A stretch of DNA of 59,249 nt, the filler included, from Squatina squatina (taxonomy: Eukaryota): assembly GCA_031763465.1 (NCBI GenBank). It is 4 parts of 3 records of this genome, joined end to end, with 100 filler letters (N's around TTAATTAATTAA, not from the genome) between each part and the next. Parts side by side here need not be neighbours in the genome. Positions count along the whole stretch, not along the records: positions 27,951 to 42,243 come from JARFOE010000100.1; positions 42,344 to 59,249 come from JARFOE010000016.1; 2 more parts are not named here. One strand, 5' to 3'. A model generated the notes under the pieces. The model saw only the letters and a list, made by a program, of their open reading frames with translations, had not been told where the DNA came from and did not search any database. The position numbers and the translations under genes are program-made. Positions within the stretch are counted from its first letter, which is position 1. The number at the start of each line of letters is the position of its first letter. This document shows positions 36,138-49,988 of this stretch, one piece after another.

Positions 36138-38394
36138 GTGAGTATTTTCAGCACCGAGAAATACTTTAGAAGTCTTACTATAATACATAAGTATTTTTTA
36201 AATCTGCAATCAGCCTATCGCAATTCCTATTAGTGTTCCTGCACTGTGCCTTGGATAAAGTCGAACAAATGTTACATGATAACCATTTCACATGTTTTGA
36301 AAAAGTCATTTAATTAAAAGTTTGTTATTAAATTAAAATTACATCTATAGGCATCAACAAATATGGAAATTCAATTTAAAAGCACTTCAGTTTGCTCGGA
36401 GAAAATAAGCTAACAAATAGGTTCCGTTACCCTACACAGAAGTCTGTTCCATTTGCTAATCACTCTGGGGACAGTTTTGGTGTCTGGCATCAGGCGGTGG
36501 GTGGGATGTCCACCCTACCTGGTCGATGAAGGTGGTGGGAGGTTTTATCCACTTTCATGCTTGGATGTCACTCTAATGTGCACGATGTGGTGTCACTGCT
36601 GAATAAGCGATGGCGGGCAGTTTTCACTCCAGAGAATGGAAAACCCAACAGTTCCTCTGTGGAGCTGAGCCAGAAGTGGCCCCTTAAAATGGGGAGGGAA
36701 GACAATGCAGGGTTGTGGTGGGGGGAGAAGCGGGTGACATGGAGAAACCACCAGCAGATGGTAAGTTTTTGTGAGGTCAAGAGCACCTCCTCCTGACCCC
36801 CAAAAAAATCATTTAAAAAACTTTTAATTACCGTTGTTTGAGCAGTCTCTGGTTAGACCCCTTTAAGACAAGTAGCAATAGGTGAAAAGTGAGTGGTGCA
36901 TGCTACATCCATTAGTACCTGAACATTCTATCATGGTCCTACGTACGTCATAGGATCTCAATTTACACACCTTAATGAGGTCCCTGTCTGAGACTGGGTG
37001 AAAATGACAGTTGGTGGATCAGCACTGGGAATAGGTGGTAAGTAAGCACTGCCATTTTCCCTGCGCTACTGCCCCATTCCTGAAAACAGGGATGGAAAAT
37101 CAATCCCCATANNNNNNNNNNNNNNNNNNNNNNNNNNNNNNNNNNNNNNNNNNNNNNNNNNNNNNNNNNNNNNNNNNNNNNNNNNNNNNNNNNNNNNNNN
37201 NNNNNNNNNNNGGTACCCTCAGGAAACATGGCTCATGATTCCCCTACTAAACCCCACCACTGCAGGCGCACTTTCATACAGACCCCGCCTGAAAAAAAAT
37301 TTAAAGAGCCCAATTTTGCGATGTAAGCCAGCGATGCAAAAACGGCACTAAATACACACCTGTTCAGCACATTAAGTTACCAGTGTGGCACAATCCAATG
37401 GGGCCCTCTATGTGCTGCAAACTGATGTGATCCTGCTCAGTAAGATCTGTGGTGACAGCAGATTTATTTTCTGACTTTTTTGTTCATATATTTTTGGTCT
37501 CGTTCCTTTCTGTTTACACTTAAAGACCAAACACAAAAATGCCATGATTCTAAGAAGGAATGCTGGTTGAGAGGGGAGCAGGTAATACTGAAAGATCTCA
37601 TTCTTTTCAACAGAGGTTGCTCAATTACATGCAATTTCTTTAATTGCATAATAATCGTAACTATCGAGAACCATCTAAAACTGAGTTTGAGATAATAAAA
37701 TTCACACATTAATTATCTTTATCTGCAGAATAAGACATTTAATTAGGTGATACATTTTGAGCCCCTACTAATATTTCACCCTGCAGGATTTTAAATAAAT
37801 GATTGATGTGAGGTATCCACCAGCCCCTAAAATAAGTTATATAAACAGTCAGTTAAAAGGAGAAGATTGGTGAGAGCCATGCTCACTTCGGCTTAACACC
37901 TCAGCCATCTTGGTAGACGACCAAATAGGAAGAGGTCGTTACCGCAGGCTGCAAAGATCAAACTGTTCTGCCTCATTATCCATTTGTCCGATCCGGGATC
38001 AGTAAACCGTTCTCACCTGTTACAGATCGTATGTCTACGATGCCTATCCTGATTATGTGTTGTATTTGACTGTAGTTGAACTCTCGCTCCTCAATAAAAC
38101 CACCTATGACTCCTCGACTATTTCTGGTAATCTGTGACATGTGATCAAATTTTACAGCCGCTACCTCCCCCGTGCCATCCCGACCTCTGCCTTCCTTGAT
38201 CGCAGTCGACCCCTACCTTCCCTCTCAGCTACCGCAACCCTCCCAATCCGAAAGNNNNNNNNNNNNNNNNNNNNNNNNNNNNNNNNNNNNNNNNNNNNNN
38301 NNNNNNNNNNNNNNNNNNNNNNNNNNNNNNNNNNNNNNNNNNNNNNNNNNNNNNATTTAATTTGCAACTCTAACTATAAGTCATATGAACTTGA

Positions 38395-39050
38395 TAGAGT
38401 TCTTTGAAGATGTCAGATAATGGAGGATGGGAAAAAGCAGTGGATGTGGTGTGCATGAACTTTTAGAAAGCCTTGATAAGGTAATTGAAAACTGGATTTT
38501 ATGGCAAGAGGTATAGAATAAGAAAGTTCAGATGTAATGATGACTTTCTATAAAATCTTAGTAAGACCACAGTTGCAGTACTGTGTGTAGTTTTGGTCTT
38601 AATACTTCAGAAAGGATGTTGCCACAATAGAGATACAATGCAGATTCACTGGGATACTAGCTGGCATAAAGTAAAACAAACCTGATGAAATACTTGAAAG
38701 ATTGAGGCTTTTTTTCATTTAAAGGAGGCTAAGGGGTGATTTGATAGATGTTTAAAATTATGAAGGGATGAAACAGAGTAAATAAAAACAAACTCTTTCC
38801 AGTAATTGCGGGGTCCAGAACAAGGGGTCATGGGTAGAAGAGTAAACATATGTGTCTTCGGACAGAAAACAGGAGAAGCCTTTTTACACAGAGGGTTATA
38901 ATCTACCAGAGCTAGTGATTGAAGCAGAGGTTGCATCACCATTTAGGAATGGATTACATAGGTGGTTGAAGGAAAGGGAAATTGAGGAATATGGAAAGAG
39001 AGAGATCACATAGAATTAGAATTACTGCTTATATGAAGGATAATCACCAA
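38395..39050 (+). mobile_element. Old, internally deleted CR1 (RT remnant to 3' tail)
   Basis: Remnants AVDVVCMNF.KA.DK and YKILVRPQLQYCV.FWS, ending in a ttctgtgttataacttctgtgtaattctat tail. Confidence 0.8.
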
Positions 39051-39929
39051 TATAAACTGGTTGGGCTGACCTTCTTTCTGTGTTATAACTTCTGTGTAAT
39101 TCTATTTGATTTGAACGTGATTTCCACCAGTCAAGAAAAAATTAGCAACACCTTATTCAATTTCCTTATCATGTAGACAAATCACCTGGCAACTCCATTA
39201 GCATTGAACTGTCCAAAGAGATTTTCAAAGCTGCCTCACTTTTCATTAACTGTCAGCTTAATAAGGCTCTTCCTGAATTNNNNNNNNNNNNNNNNNNNNN
39301 NNNNNNNNNNNNNNNNNNNNNNNNNNNNNNNNNNNNNNNNNNNNNNNNNNNNNNNNNNNNNNNNNNNNNNNNNNNNNNNCATTTCTTGGAATAAAAATGA
39401 ACACTGTCACACAACCAAGTTGGTGGATAAAGTAAAGGCAGAAGAAAGGATGGCCCGATTATAATAAAGAGGCACTCTGACTTCACTGATTCTGGTGAGT
39501 CTTGCATTATTCTAAAAGAAGTGAAGGTTAATGCACTGACAGGTGCAAGAAAGCCCTTATAGATTTTGAAATTGAGTTGCTTAACATTCCGTGTTAACTG
39601 AAAAAGAATTTACAGAAGTGTTTCTCTGCAGAAATGGGATATTAGATTCTTTAATAATTTTTATAACCATTTGAACCTATGTGTCTTCAGCACTTGAATA
39701 CCACTTGAGTACTGAATAATGAACAAAGATCAAAACTGTACATTTCTGATGGAGAGGATTACGGAGTTATGTAAGAAATTCTTTGGCACAATTACCTGAA
39801 GATCAGACCAAGATACTAAAATAAATTTTCAGGCATGAAAGGATATATGATCTTTCTTGCACAGCAGTCAACCAACTACTAAATTGTCTTGTATGTTTTT
39901 GATCTGATGCATTACTTTTGCTTTGGCAG

Positions 39930-40092
39930 ATGTGGAACAAATGGCTTTAGACTGGCTTACTGGAAACTATTACTTTGTGGATGATGTCAGTGACCGAATA
40001 TTTGTGTGCAATCAAAACGGTGATACTTGCATTACTCTACTAGACCTAGAGCTACACAATCCCAAAGGAATTGCCCTTGATCCAGCCATGGG
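39930..40092 (+). CDS. LRP1/LRP1B-family receptor, next exon (YWTD repeats)
   Basis: 163-nt exon with ttggcAG acceptor and GTAAGT donor, phase-compatible with the previous exon (A|AT = Asn). It translates to [55 protein letters not shown]. Confidence 0.95.
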
Positions 40093-40476
40093 GTAAGTTT
40101 ATTTACTTACATTCAATACAATTTCCTGCAGGCGGGTTAGGACATTAGTGAGATTAATTTCCATGAACTTTTATATGTGTATTAAATATAAACTAGAAGC
40201 TTGGCTATTGTACAAAATATATTTAATTTTATTCTGTTCAATATTTGCCTATCAGCAATCTTTTTATGGATCCTCAATGTGGCTGTCTCAACCATTGATT
40301 ACTTGGAAAAAGTTGCAAATCTAGCATAAATGTATTTATAAATATTCATAAGTAATGTTGGGTGAATTAGAATGTAGATGGGTTAGTTAATCAATATTGC
40401 CCTCTGGCTGCACCTTATTCACACCATGCTGTTTTGCACATTGTAATTGTGAGACTTTGGCGATGTGCCATGCAGT

Positions 40477-40493
40477 CGCACCATCTAGTGGTA
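40477..40493 (-). promoter_or_regulatory. Candidate intronic CTCF site
   Basis: Minus strand reads TACCACTAGATGGTGCG, a near-consensus CTCF core about 0.4 kb downstream of the LRP1-family exon. Confidence 0.45.
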
Positions 40494-42243
40494 TGTAACA
40501 ATATTTCATGAAGAGATTTTGTTTACCATATGACTTATTTTTACTTCTGGCAGGGCAGTTTGCTTGTCCTCCTATGTGTGAATAATTACCTCCAGAATTT
40601 TAACATTTCTAATTCTACATTTGTTACTTTGTGTCTCTTTATTGGTGCTCAGTCTGTTGCAGTACAAATCATTTTTGGGTNNNNNNNNNNNNNNNNNNNN
40701 NNNNNNNNNNNNNNNNNNNNNNNNNNNNNNNNNNNNNNNNNNNNNNNNNNNNNNNNNNNNNNNNNNNNNNNNNNNNNNNNCAGCAGAATGATCCCCTTTA
40801 AGGGCTGAGGTGGGCTGAGACCTGATAGCAGCTCCTTACATCGGACCAACAATTGGGTAGCAGAAAAAACCTAAGAGTCAATCGGTCCATTAGCGCTGGC
40901 TTTGAACATAGGTTTTGTTTTGTGATGCCAAGAAATTTTCTAAGATGCCAATGCCCTGAAATTACACCTATTGGCCCCATATAGCCACCAGCTATAAAAA
41001 TGTCAATTGGGCGCCCATAATGTTTGTGCAAGCTGCACGTCAATCAAGCTCAGTTAAAAGGTCTCACCTCCCATGAATTCTGTTACGACTTGTGAGTAGC
41101 ATGACATACAAGTACAAATAACATTCTGAGATCTAGCCAACTAAATGCCTCATCACCCCAGATGTTATGAAAATAAAGCTGTGTTAAATAACTAGCAGCT
41201 GCTTCATGCTGACAGTATAGGGTACACATTATGATGAAAGCGACTACCAGTCATGCAACTAAGATTGATTTATGTTACAGAAACGTATATTGTGCAGAGC
41301 ATTATATATGTTTCAGCTGTCTGCATGTTATGCTGGTTACATATGTGAGAAGGTGAGCGGCTGACCTTTTATTGTAAACTGCATTATAAAGGTTGGTTGA
41401 TATGCTGTGGCATCTATCTCATCATTTGTTTGATGTGGAAGAGGAGATGTCTATGCATGTTTCACTGCAGTATCAAAGATTGCTCCACCAAACTGCATAT
41501 CTTTTTTTCCAAGTAAGCCCCATCCATCAATTAAAGGTCTGTGAATTATTCCGAGTTGTTGCTGTACAGGTATCTTGGGAGTGCTAATTGTCTGAGGTTA
41601 ACCCAAGCAAAGGTTAAGGCATGTGTGCTTCTCCCTTGATACCTTCAAGCAATTTTATAAGTTGCAGTGATTGGATAAATGACTGCACTCTGTTGTTATG
41701 CAATGGCTCATAATTTCCTGTGTGTGTGAAGTTGAAAAAAGGTTCAATGTGACTGAAGTGATGAGGGTTTCTGCCCTTGTAAATAGACTCAACAATCCAC
41801 CTGTAGTGTTCTTTGTTGTATTGCTGACAGCATGGAAGAGTTGAAATGTAATGTAGGATGCTTATGGTGCACGAGAACAATCAGAATAATTTCATCAGAG
41901 CTTATTTGCGATTTTGTGCATCATTTCTCTTCATGAAATGTTCCTACATCATCTATGATCTTTCCTCATTCTTTATTCTCATCCTGCTCTTTATAGATTT
42001 TATAGATCCCGGTTATGAACTCTTCCAAATCATGTTGATAACCAGTTTTTAAATTCCTGGTCACAGTGGAATAGTGGTGGAGAATGGGAAAAAATATGGT
42101 AGCCTGCATTTAGGCTGTGAACCTAATGGCCCTCAAATATTTGAATATTGGAATGATGATAGGAGATGGTTGCATTAAGATTCAAATGAGGCCCAGTGCC
42201 TAATTTGGCTTGGGCCTCGGGCAGGCATAGACCGGCACATGAG

Positions 42244-42343
42244 NNNNNNNNNNNNNNNNNNNNNNNNNNNNNNNNNNNNNNNNNNNNTTAATTAATTAAN
42301 NNNNNNNNNNNNNNNNNNNNNNNNNNNNNNNNNNNNNNNNNNN
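42244..42343. other. Artificial scaffold-joining spacer
   Basis: 44 N + TTAATTAATTAA + 44 N. Confidence 0.95.
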
Positions 42344-45300
42344 AGGATAATCAATCAAGCCAGAGGATTCTCAGTTGTTGTATAGGCAATGGCCATGTAA
42401 GAACCAGTAACAAGTCTGATATGCTGGATCTTTAAGAGCAAGCCATCAGCAGATTCTAGAGGCACTCTATGTAGCAGCGTGGCTGAGGCCTAGTGATGTG
42501 TGTCACTTAGGGACAGCCAAGTTCAAATGCACAGTTGCCAAGTTACAGAAATTAAGTGAACTCCAATATGTTTTGAAATGTTAGGTGCTAAAATCACCAT
42601 TTACATGTTTTGGGACTGATTTTGGCAAAGAAATAGCTGAATTGCATTCCTTTTTTATACTTATATATATTTTGAATGTGGCCATTGCAATATTTAGATG
42701 AAATAGCAACATGAAGTTTTGATTTCGAGCTCACACAAAGGGGAAGAGTGGCTACCTACTGCAGTGCTCATCTAAGGGCCCAACCTCATTATATCACTCT
42801 GATATTATGAATGGTTTAATAGAAAAATTGTGTGGGTGGCTTCAAGGACTCGTGCTCCTTTTTATGCAGGAGTTACTGTCTTTTTCTTTGTGGGGGATTC
42901 ATCGTCTTATTAGCACGGTCACCGACAGTTACAAAAGCTAAATGTGCATAAAATATCTTTACTGGTGCTGATTGTGGCGAAATGCCCAGAATTTGTTGGT
43001 GTGCCATCCCTTTAAATTGTCTAAGCATATTTTTTCTAGGACTGGTAGAAGAAATATTTACAACACTGCAAAAATATTTGCTCTGCTGCAAAATGCACCG
43101 CTGTATGTCTGAGAATGTAGTTTAGTCCCAGTGCGAATGATATAAAATCAGGCCCTGTATTATTTTGTATACACACTTTGTACAGCTGACACCAGAAAGT
43201 GTGACCTTTTCCCCATTGTAATGCATTTTAAAGCATCAAGATAGCAGCCAACATCTGGTAGCCACAAAGCAATATATTGGTTGATATTTATCATGTTGTG
43301 ACCGAAGATCACAGTAGGCGCCCTTCACAAAGTGAATACCAATAACACTCGGTGTTCCTTACACAAAGCCAGCACATTTTAGCTATTGTTCATAATATGT
43401 AAGACATTGAAAGGCAACATATCACACCATCTTTAGCAGTTTAATATGTCTACTATAGAGTCAATGTTAGGCACAAAAGACATACTCCTTTCCCCATACT
43501 TCAGATGAAAACTGATCTCCTTTGCCAGAATATATATCTTTAATATTTTCCTGAGAATTCCCAATATGACTTACATTGTGTTCATTCTACTATGCTATTT
43601 GTCAAATTAATATGTGTTTTTAATAGTCCCATCCTCACAATTATACCCTAGTATCTTACACAGAGCAGGGAAGTTTTGTCTACAATAGGAGAGTAAGCTG
43701 AGTGGAGGAGCTAATGGTTCAATCAACATCACACTGCTAAGGGTCAATACAGCATTGACGTTTGAGTGGTAACATCCAAATATTACTGGTTAGGTAACAT
43801 GATAAAGGTGCTGGGGATTAAGGCAGGTTTGGCCATCTCAGCTGTACCAGTGATGGACTGCGCTTCTAATTGACAGTTTCATTAGTGTTAAATTTATGTC
43901 CCATTTTCCCTCTTTGAATCTGGCAATTCATTTGGAAAGTCAAGAAAATCGAGATCTCCTTCCTAATGAGGCTGGTAAATAGACAAGAAATATAAATGCA
44001 TTTTTTTAAATGAACCTGAAGGTGAAGCTTGCATTTTCATAAATATGTCTGAAGAAAATAAACCTGTCTAAATTTACTATGGTACAGAAATATTGAACAC
44101 TGACTGTTACCCAAATACATATTATTTTACACTTAATTAATGTTGAATCCCAATGCAAGCAGTTTGTAAGGATTGCAGGAGAATTATTATTTAAAGTGAC
44201 CTGAAATGTAGCTGAAACTATGAGGTGAATTCTCCCAGGCCCTNNNNNNNNNNNNNNNNNNNNNNNNNNNNNNNNNNNNNNNNNNNNNNNNNNNNNNNNN
44301 NNNNNNNNNNNNNNNNNNNNNNNNNNNNNNNNNNNNNNNNNNNCCCTGGGCCTTTTACACAGCCAGCGCATATCAGGAAATAATGGGCCACATGTCCACA
44401 ATTTTTTGATATGCACTGGCTGTATCCTGTTACTGGCATGGGGCCTTGCAGCGTTTACCTATAGTCTAGAAGTTACTGCTGTTCGTGCTATCATGTGAAT
44501 GTTTAACAAACAATATCAAATTCCTCACTTACTATTTTACCAGAGGATTATTTTAAATAGCTTAATGGCGCTGTTAAACTAGGGCAGAAAAGGATTTGGT
44601 GTGGGCACATTGAACATTTGGACACTAACATCAACAACAGTAATTTCTACCCTTAGATACAGTTAATGTATCAGCAGCATGAACAATACACACTGGCCAA
44701 CAATTTTACCCTGAGGTTTTCTGGGCTTTAGCGAATAGAATTATCTTTACAATCATTTGGAAAAGAAAACTTTTTATATTGACATTTAAGTATGAATAGC
44801 TGTGTTCAGATATAAACCTATTTGTCTCTATGTGTAATTAATTCTGCTGTTTAAAACGGGTGCACTTTTTTTGGATGTGGAGAATATTGTGTGATGACAT
44901 TGTAAACATATCACTTAAAAAAATGTCCTTTTTGGTCAGATCACAGAAAGACACAGCGGATTGCATGGTTTATTGAAGCAAGTGATCTCTCATTGGTAAC
45001 TTTCACTTCCATTGATTTCATTAGGACATCGGAAGCTGGTTCCATTATACGTACAATCAGAGCTCACGAAGGGGTAGTCACAAGGCACTGATACATTCAA
45101 GAGGTTCAGATGGCATTCGCATTTTCTGCATAAATATCTGTACTCCAAGTTTGTGTTAATGGCTCTATCTCCTACCTACCTATTAATTTTAATAACACTA
45201 TAAATTTGATTGCGGAAGCAGAAAAATCCAGGCACTATGCATTCAGCAATGTCTAAGATTCTAATATCGCGCAAAATTAGGCAAGATCAATGACACTAAC

Positions 45301-46276
45301 ATGTAAAGATCAATGACANNNNNNNNNNNNNNNNNNNNNNNNNNNNNNNNNNNNNNNNNNNNNNNNNNNNNNNNNNNNNNNNNNNNNNNNNNNNNNNNNN
45401 NNNNNNNNNNNNNNNNNNNNNNNNNNNNNNNNNNNNNNNNNNNNNNNNNNNNNNNNNNNNNNNNNNNNNNNNNNNNNNNNNNNNNNNNNNNNNNNNNNNN
45501 NNNNNNNNNNNNNNNNNNNNNNNNNNNNNNNNNNNNNNNNNNNNNNNNNNNNNNNNNNNNNNNNNNNNNNNNNNNNNNNNNNNNNNNNNNNNNNNNNNNN
45601 NNNNNNNNNNNNNNNNNNNNNNNNNNNNNNNNNNNNNNNNNNNNNNNNNNNNNNNNNNNNNNNNNNNNNNNNNNNNNNNNNNNNNNNNNNNNNNNNNNNN
45701 NNNNNNNNNNNNNNNNNNNNNNNNNNNNNNNNNNNNNNNNNNGTGTTTTGTGAGGGAAGAATGGAACCAAGTCATTCCTCTGGTAAAGTCAGTAATCTGA
45801 TATCTAATCCAATATTCTGAGCCAGGGAAGTCAGCAGTAGTCCAAGCAATGTTGATAATTTACTGGACACTTGACTGTTAATGTACTATAATTCTTTACG
45901 GTTCCTTCACTCTTTACATTCCATCCCTTTAGGGAAAAATTCAGAAATCCATTTCTCATGGTCAGTTATTTTATTTTAGTTCTTTTACAACTGAAGTGAG
46001 AATCTGCTGGTTAGGAACATTGAATCACTTTTACATGTGCTGCATTTCTCTGTGCAGCAGAATCTTTTAGTACACTGAAAAATCAGGGCATTTACTAATT
46101 TAAATAAAAAGCGTGGTGAAAGGACGGATGGAACTAAAAGATGCTTAGGAATACAAAGATACTTGCAGGCCACTTGCAATTAGCAGCACTAACTTCAAAA
46201 GAATGACCACTGTTTTTGTTTGGACGGGATTCTAAACACATCTGACAAAGCTGTTACTGCATTAATAAACCTAGAG

Positions 46277-46351
46277 AAACAGGGGGAAGAGTATGTGACT
46301 GCAGTAATAACTGATACAAACAGGGGGAAGAGTCTGTGACTGCAGTAATAA
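46277..46351. repeat. 41-bp tandem repeat, two visible copies
   Basis: AAACAGGGGGAAGAGT(A/C)TGTGACTGCAGTAATAAC occurs at 46277 and 46318, just before a gap. Confidence 0.85.
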
Positions 46352-48137
46352 CCCAATAGAAANNNNNNNNNNNNNNNNNNNNNNNNNNNNNNNNNNNNNN
46401 NNNNNNNNNNNNNNNNNNNNNNNNNNNNNNNNNNNNNNNNNNNNNNNNNNNNNNNNNNNNNNGGAGGCAGGGAGCAGCGCTTGCCCAAGGCCCTGCCCGA
46501 GTCGCAATGCTGCTGTTTCTGTCCACCTGCCTGAGTCTCTGTTTGAATGCCGATGCTGCTGTCCCTCCTTGCCCAAAGTTACTTAGACAAAGAGGAGAGT
46601 GGGAAAGGTTAAAATAGAAGATGGAACTAATTGAAAATGAAAAAAGGAAGCTAGAAGTGGAGGAAGGAAAGAGACGTGGAAAACAATAGAGAAGTGAGAG
46701 CTAGACACAGAGAAATGAAGGAGATATATGACAAACAGAAGTGAAGATGAGTGCGAGAGACTGACAGAAGTGAAGAAGCAGATGGCATGGGCCAAGGATT
46801 GCAAGGAATAAAAAAATGCACAATTAATTTATCCCAGTACAAGTTTCTTAATTACACATCTAATAAGGAAATATCAACAACAACACTTGCCTTTTATTCG
46901 TTCTTTTTGAGACTCTTTCAGTCAGTGCTCTTTTACATCCAATTTACATGATGTCTACATGACATTATACTTTGGAGTATTTACTAAAAGAGCTTGCTTT
47001 TTGGGTGCATTCACCCTACAACTGTAGTGTCAATGTGAAGTGGTTGTACTTCACACAAATGCAATAGATATTGTAAATACAGCTTGCATCCAGTGTCAGG
47101 GCCAAGTCTGATACCAGACCGAAGCGGAGTGGGACTCCTTGGTGGAGGAGTCTCTTACTCTGCTTCACGTTGGAGTCAGTTTAACCTTCCCATCCAATTT
47201 ACACTGCAGAAGTTTATCATTAGTCCAAAGCAGAAACTGCAGACACGGCTGAATTGACACGTACACAAACACCACATAATAAGGCAGAGCAATTGAAACA
47301 GAAATAGAAACAGAAGGCTTTAAGTTTGAGCAATTACGTCTTAAACGAGCTGTATATCAAAGTCAGAAATCTCGATACAACCAGCTTCGCCGTTAGAGCA
47401 GCTCTTCAAACACAAAGATTCTGTTTGTGCTTTAAGAATTGGACCACACCATTCTCTGCCCAGTCACAACACGGGGAGGGGAGTGGGGGGTGAAAGTGAT
47501 GTGATTAACCGGTGATACACTGCATAGCTAGCATCGGAGTCACTTATTGCCTCACACGTTCTGAATAAACTGATGACAGAGGATTAACCCGTTCCCACCC
47601 AACGATTTTGCTTTCTTGCTGTCTGCCCAAGATGATGAACAAGTTCAGTACAATCTAAAACACCAGCATTATATAAAGAATGACTCCTGATTTAATTAGG
47701 CAACTTTAATGTGTTTAGTGGAAACTGTTCCACAATTGTTGTTTGTATAAAAAAAAAAAGTAATTAGGAAAGAAAATAAACTATGGTTACTGGAAGCTTG
47801 TGACATGCACAAAAATTCTATAATTGCTACTTTCAACTTGAGTGAGAGAGAAGTCTTGAAAAGGAACAGAGTTTTATAATTTAATCATAAAATGGCTGCG
47901 GTAAGCAAAACACAGGGTAAATAAGGGACTTCTTTAGGGAGAAAAAGCACACTGGAAAACCTTTCCTTTTAGATTTTAACGCTTGCCAATGAAAATTGTG
48001 GGTAGGCACCATTCTTGCAGATGTCAATTTCATGCGACACCAATTGATAAATTGCCATGGAAACCCAATCCTGAATGAGTCAGCAGTTCAAGGAAGGAAG
48101 TGGGGGGAGATGACTGACAGATGTTGCACTACTTTAT

Positions 48138-48245
48138 AGAATCATATAGCACAAGGGAGGTTATTCAGTCCATTGAGCTTGTGCTAACTCTTTGAAATTA
48201 GTCCTACTCCCTGCACTTTCCCCATAGTCTTGAATTTTGTTTTCC
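48138..48245 (-). mobile_element. CR1 3' tail
   Basis: atagaatcatatagcacaagggaggttattcagtccattgag... is a typical reverse-oriented CR1 end. Confidence 0.65.
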
Positions 48246-49863
48246 TTTTGAAACTGGAACATATCTCTTCTGTCTGACCTTGTCCTGAAAGAGCTGTGTA
48301 TTTTTGAATGCAGTGATTTATGGGATTTCTGTCTGAAGGAATCACTCGGGAGCACCATGACACAAAGCCGGTCAGAAACAGATGAAAATCCACTGAGTAT
48401 TTTGTGAGGGCAGGTGTGAAGAAGTTGCTCCTTATATTTAACTATCTTTATTAGTAGACATGACATTGTTAAATAAAGCATTCATTATGGCATTGTTTCA
48501 CTTCTTAAATAATGCGAATTTCCAAAATAGAACACCTGTTGCTGATATGAATGTCGAGGGAATTAATTAACAGTCAATTAGAGAATTTTTTTTATTTTCT
48601 CTACTGAAACTCTGCAAACAAAGGTGAAGTTCCATGGATGCTGTGTGATCTTCTCTGACAGCTCCTTTCCTGAAGTGCAAAATGTCGAGTATGTGTATAA
48701 TTGTCCAACCTTATTCCACCAGGATTTTTCAACAGCTGTACAAGTGTACACNNNNNNNNNNNNNNNNNNNNNNNNNNNNNNNNNNNNNNNNNNNNNNNNN
48801 NNNNNNNNNNNNNNNNNNNNNNNNNNNNNNNNNNNNNNNNNNNNNNNNNNNNNNNNNNNNNNNNNNNNNNNNNNNNNNNNNNNNNNNNNNNNNNNNNNNN
48901 NNNNNNNNNNNNNNNNNNNNNNNNNNNNNNNNNNNNNNNNNNNNNNNNNNNNNNNNNNNNNNNNNNNNNNNNNNNNNNNNNNNNTTACATTTCTACAGTG
49001 ATATAAAGCCAGTTCAGTATATCCATGAGGAACTGTCACACAATCTATGAAGTCACACCAGACTAACACGTCTAGTTTTACATCTGTTCTGATGCATTTT
49101 GTTGGTCGTAATCTGGAGTCTCAAAGCCAAATTACATTGCAATGCCAGATTTAATCTCGATTCCGAAATCGAACCACTTCTCTTTGGTTACTTCATATTT
49201 AAATGATGCTCACTTGAAGGAGGCAAGCCTTCGAACAATTTTGATGGTATATGTTTCTTTTTTATTAAGGCTTACATATCACTAAGGCACTGAAATTCCT
49301 CCGAGTGCAATCCCAGCAGTTACACTGATCACGCTGGAGTTTACAGGGTCAATGGGAAGGCATCTAATTAACATGGGGCAGACACCATATGCACCACTAG
49401 GGGCAAATCTTCAGTGCCTGCTTGTCCCATAGAGACAAAATCCTCAGCACCCATCCACTAGGAAGAGGGGGTGGGGGGAAATTGCACCGCTTCCCACCAT
49501 CCCAGCATAACCTCCTGAGAAAGGATCTCAGCTGATCAGCAAAAAAAAAATTATAAGAAAATGGTCCCTTCCCTCGAAACCAGAATAAAATCACTTTTCA
49601 AAGTGCTTCCAGTTGCAGTACTTAAAACATGACAACTAAATGTAAAAGAAATGCTTATGTTGAAGCTCAAGCCTGACAATAATTGCTTTAGCACAATATA
49701 AAGACTAATAGTAAAGCAGTACCTGGTGTGGTTATAAACCTTGAATAAATACATGCTTCAGAGNNNNNNNNNNNNNNNNNNNNNNNNNNNNNNNNNNNNN
49801 NNNNNNNNNNNNNNNNNNNNNNNNNNNNNNNNNNNNNNNNNNNNNNNNNNNNNNNNNNNNNNN

Positions 49864-49988
49864 GCACTCCCTCAATACTGCACTGGGAGTGACAGCTTAG
49901 ATTTGGTGATCAAGTCTCTGGAGGTAGGATTAAACCCACAACTTTCTGACTCAGAGGCGAGAGTGGTGCAGCGGAGCCACTGATGACA
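49864..49988 (-). mobile_element. DeuSINE-like 5' (tRNA-head) fragment
   Basis: gcactccctcaatactgcactgggagtg...caagtctctggag...ttctgactcagaggcgagagtg matches 1663-1778. Confidence 0.75.
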
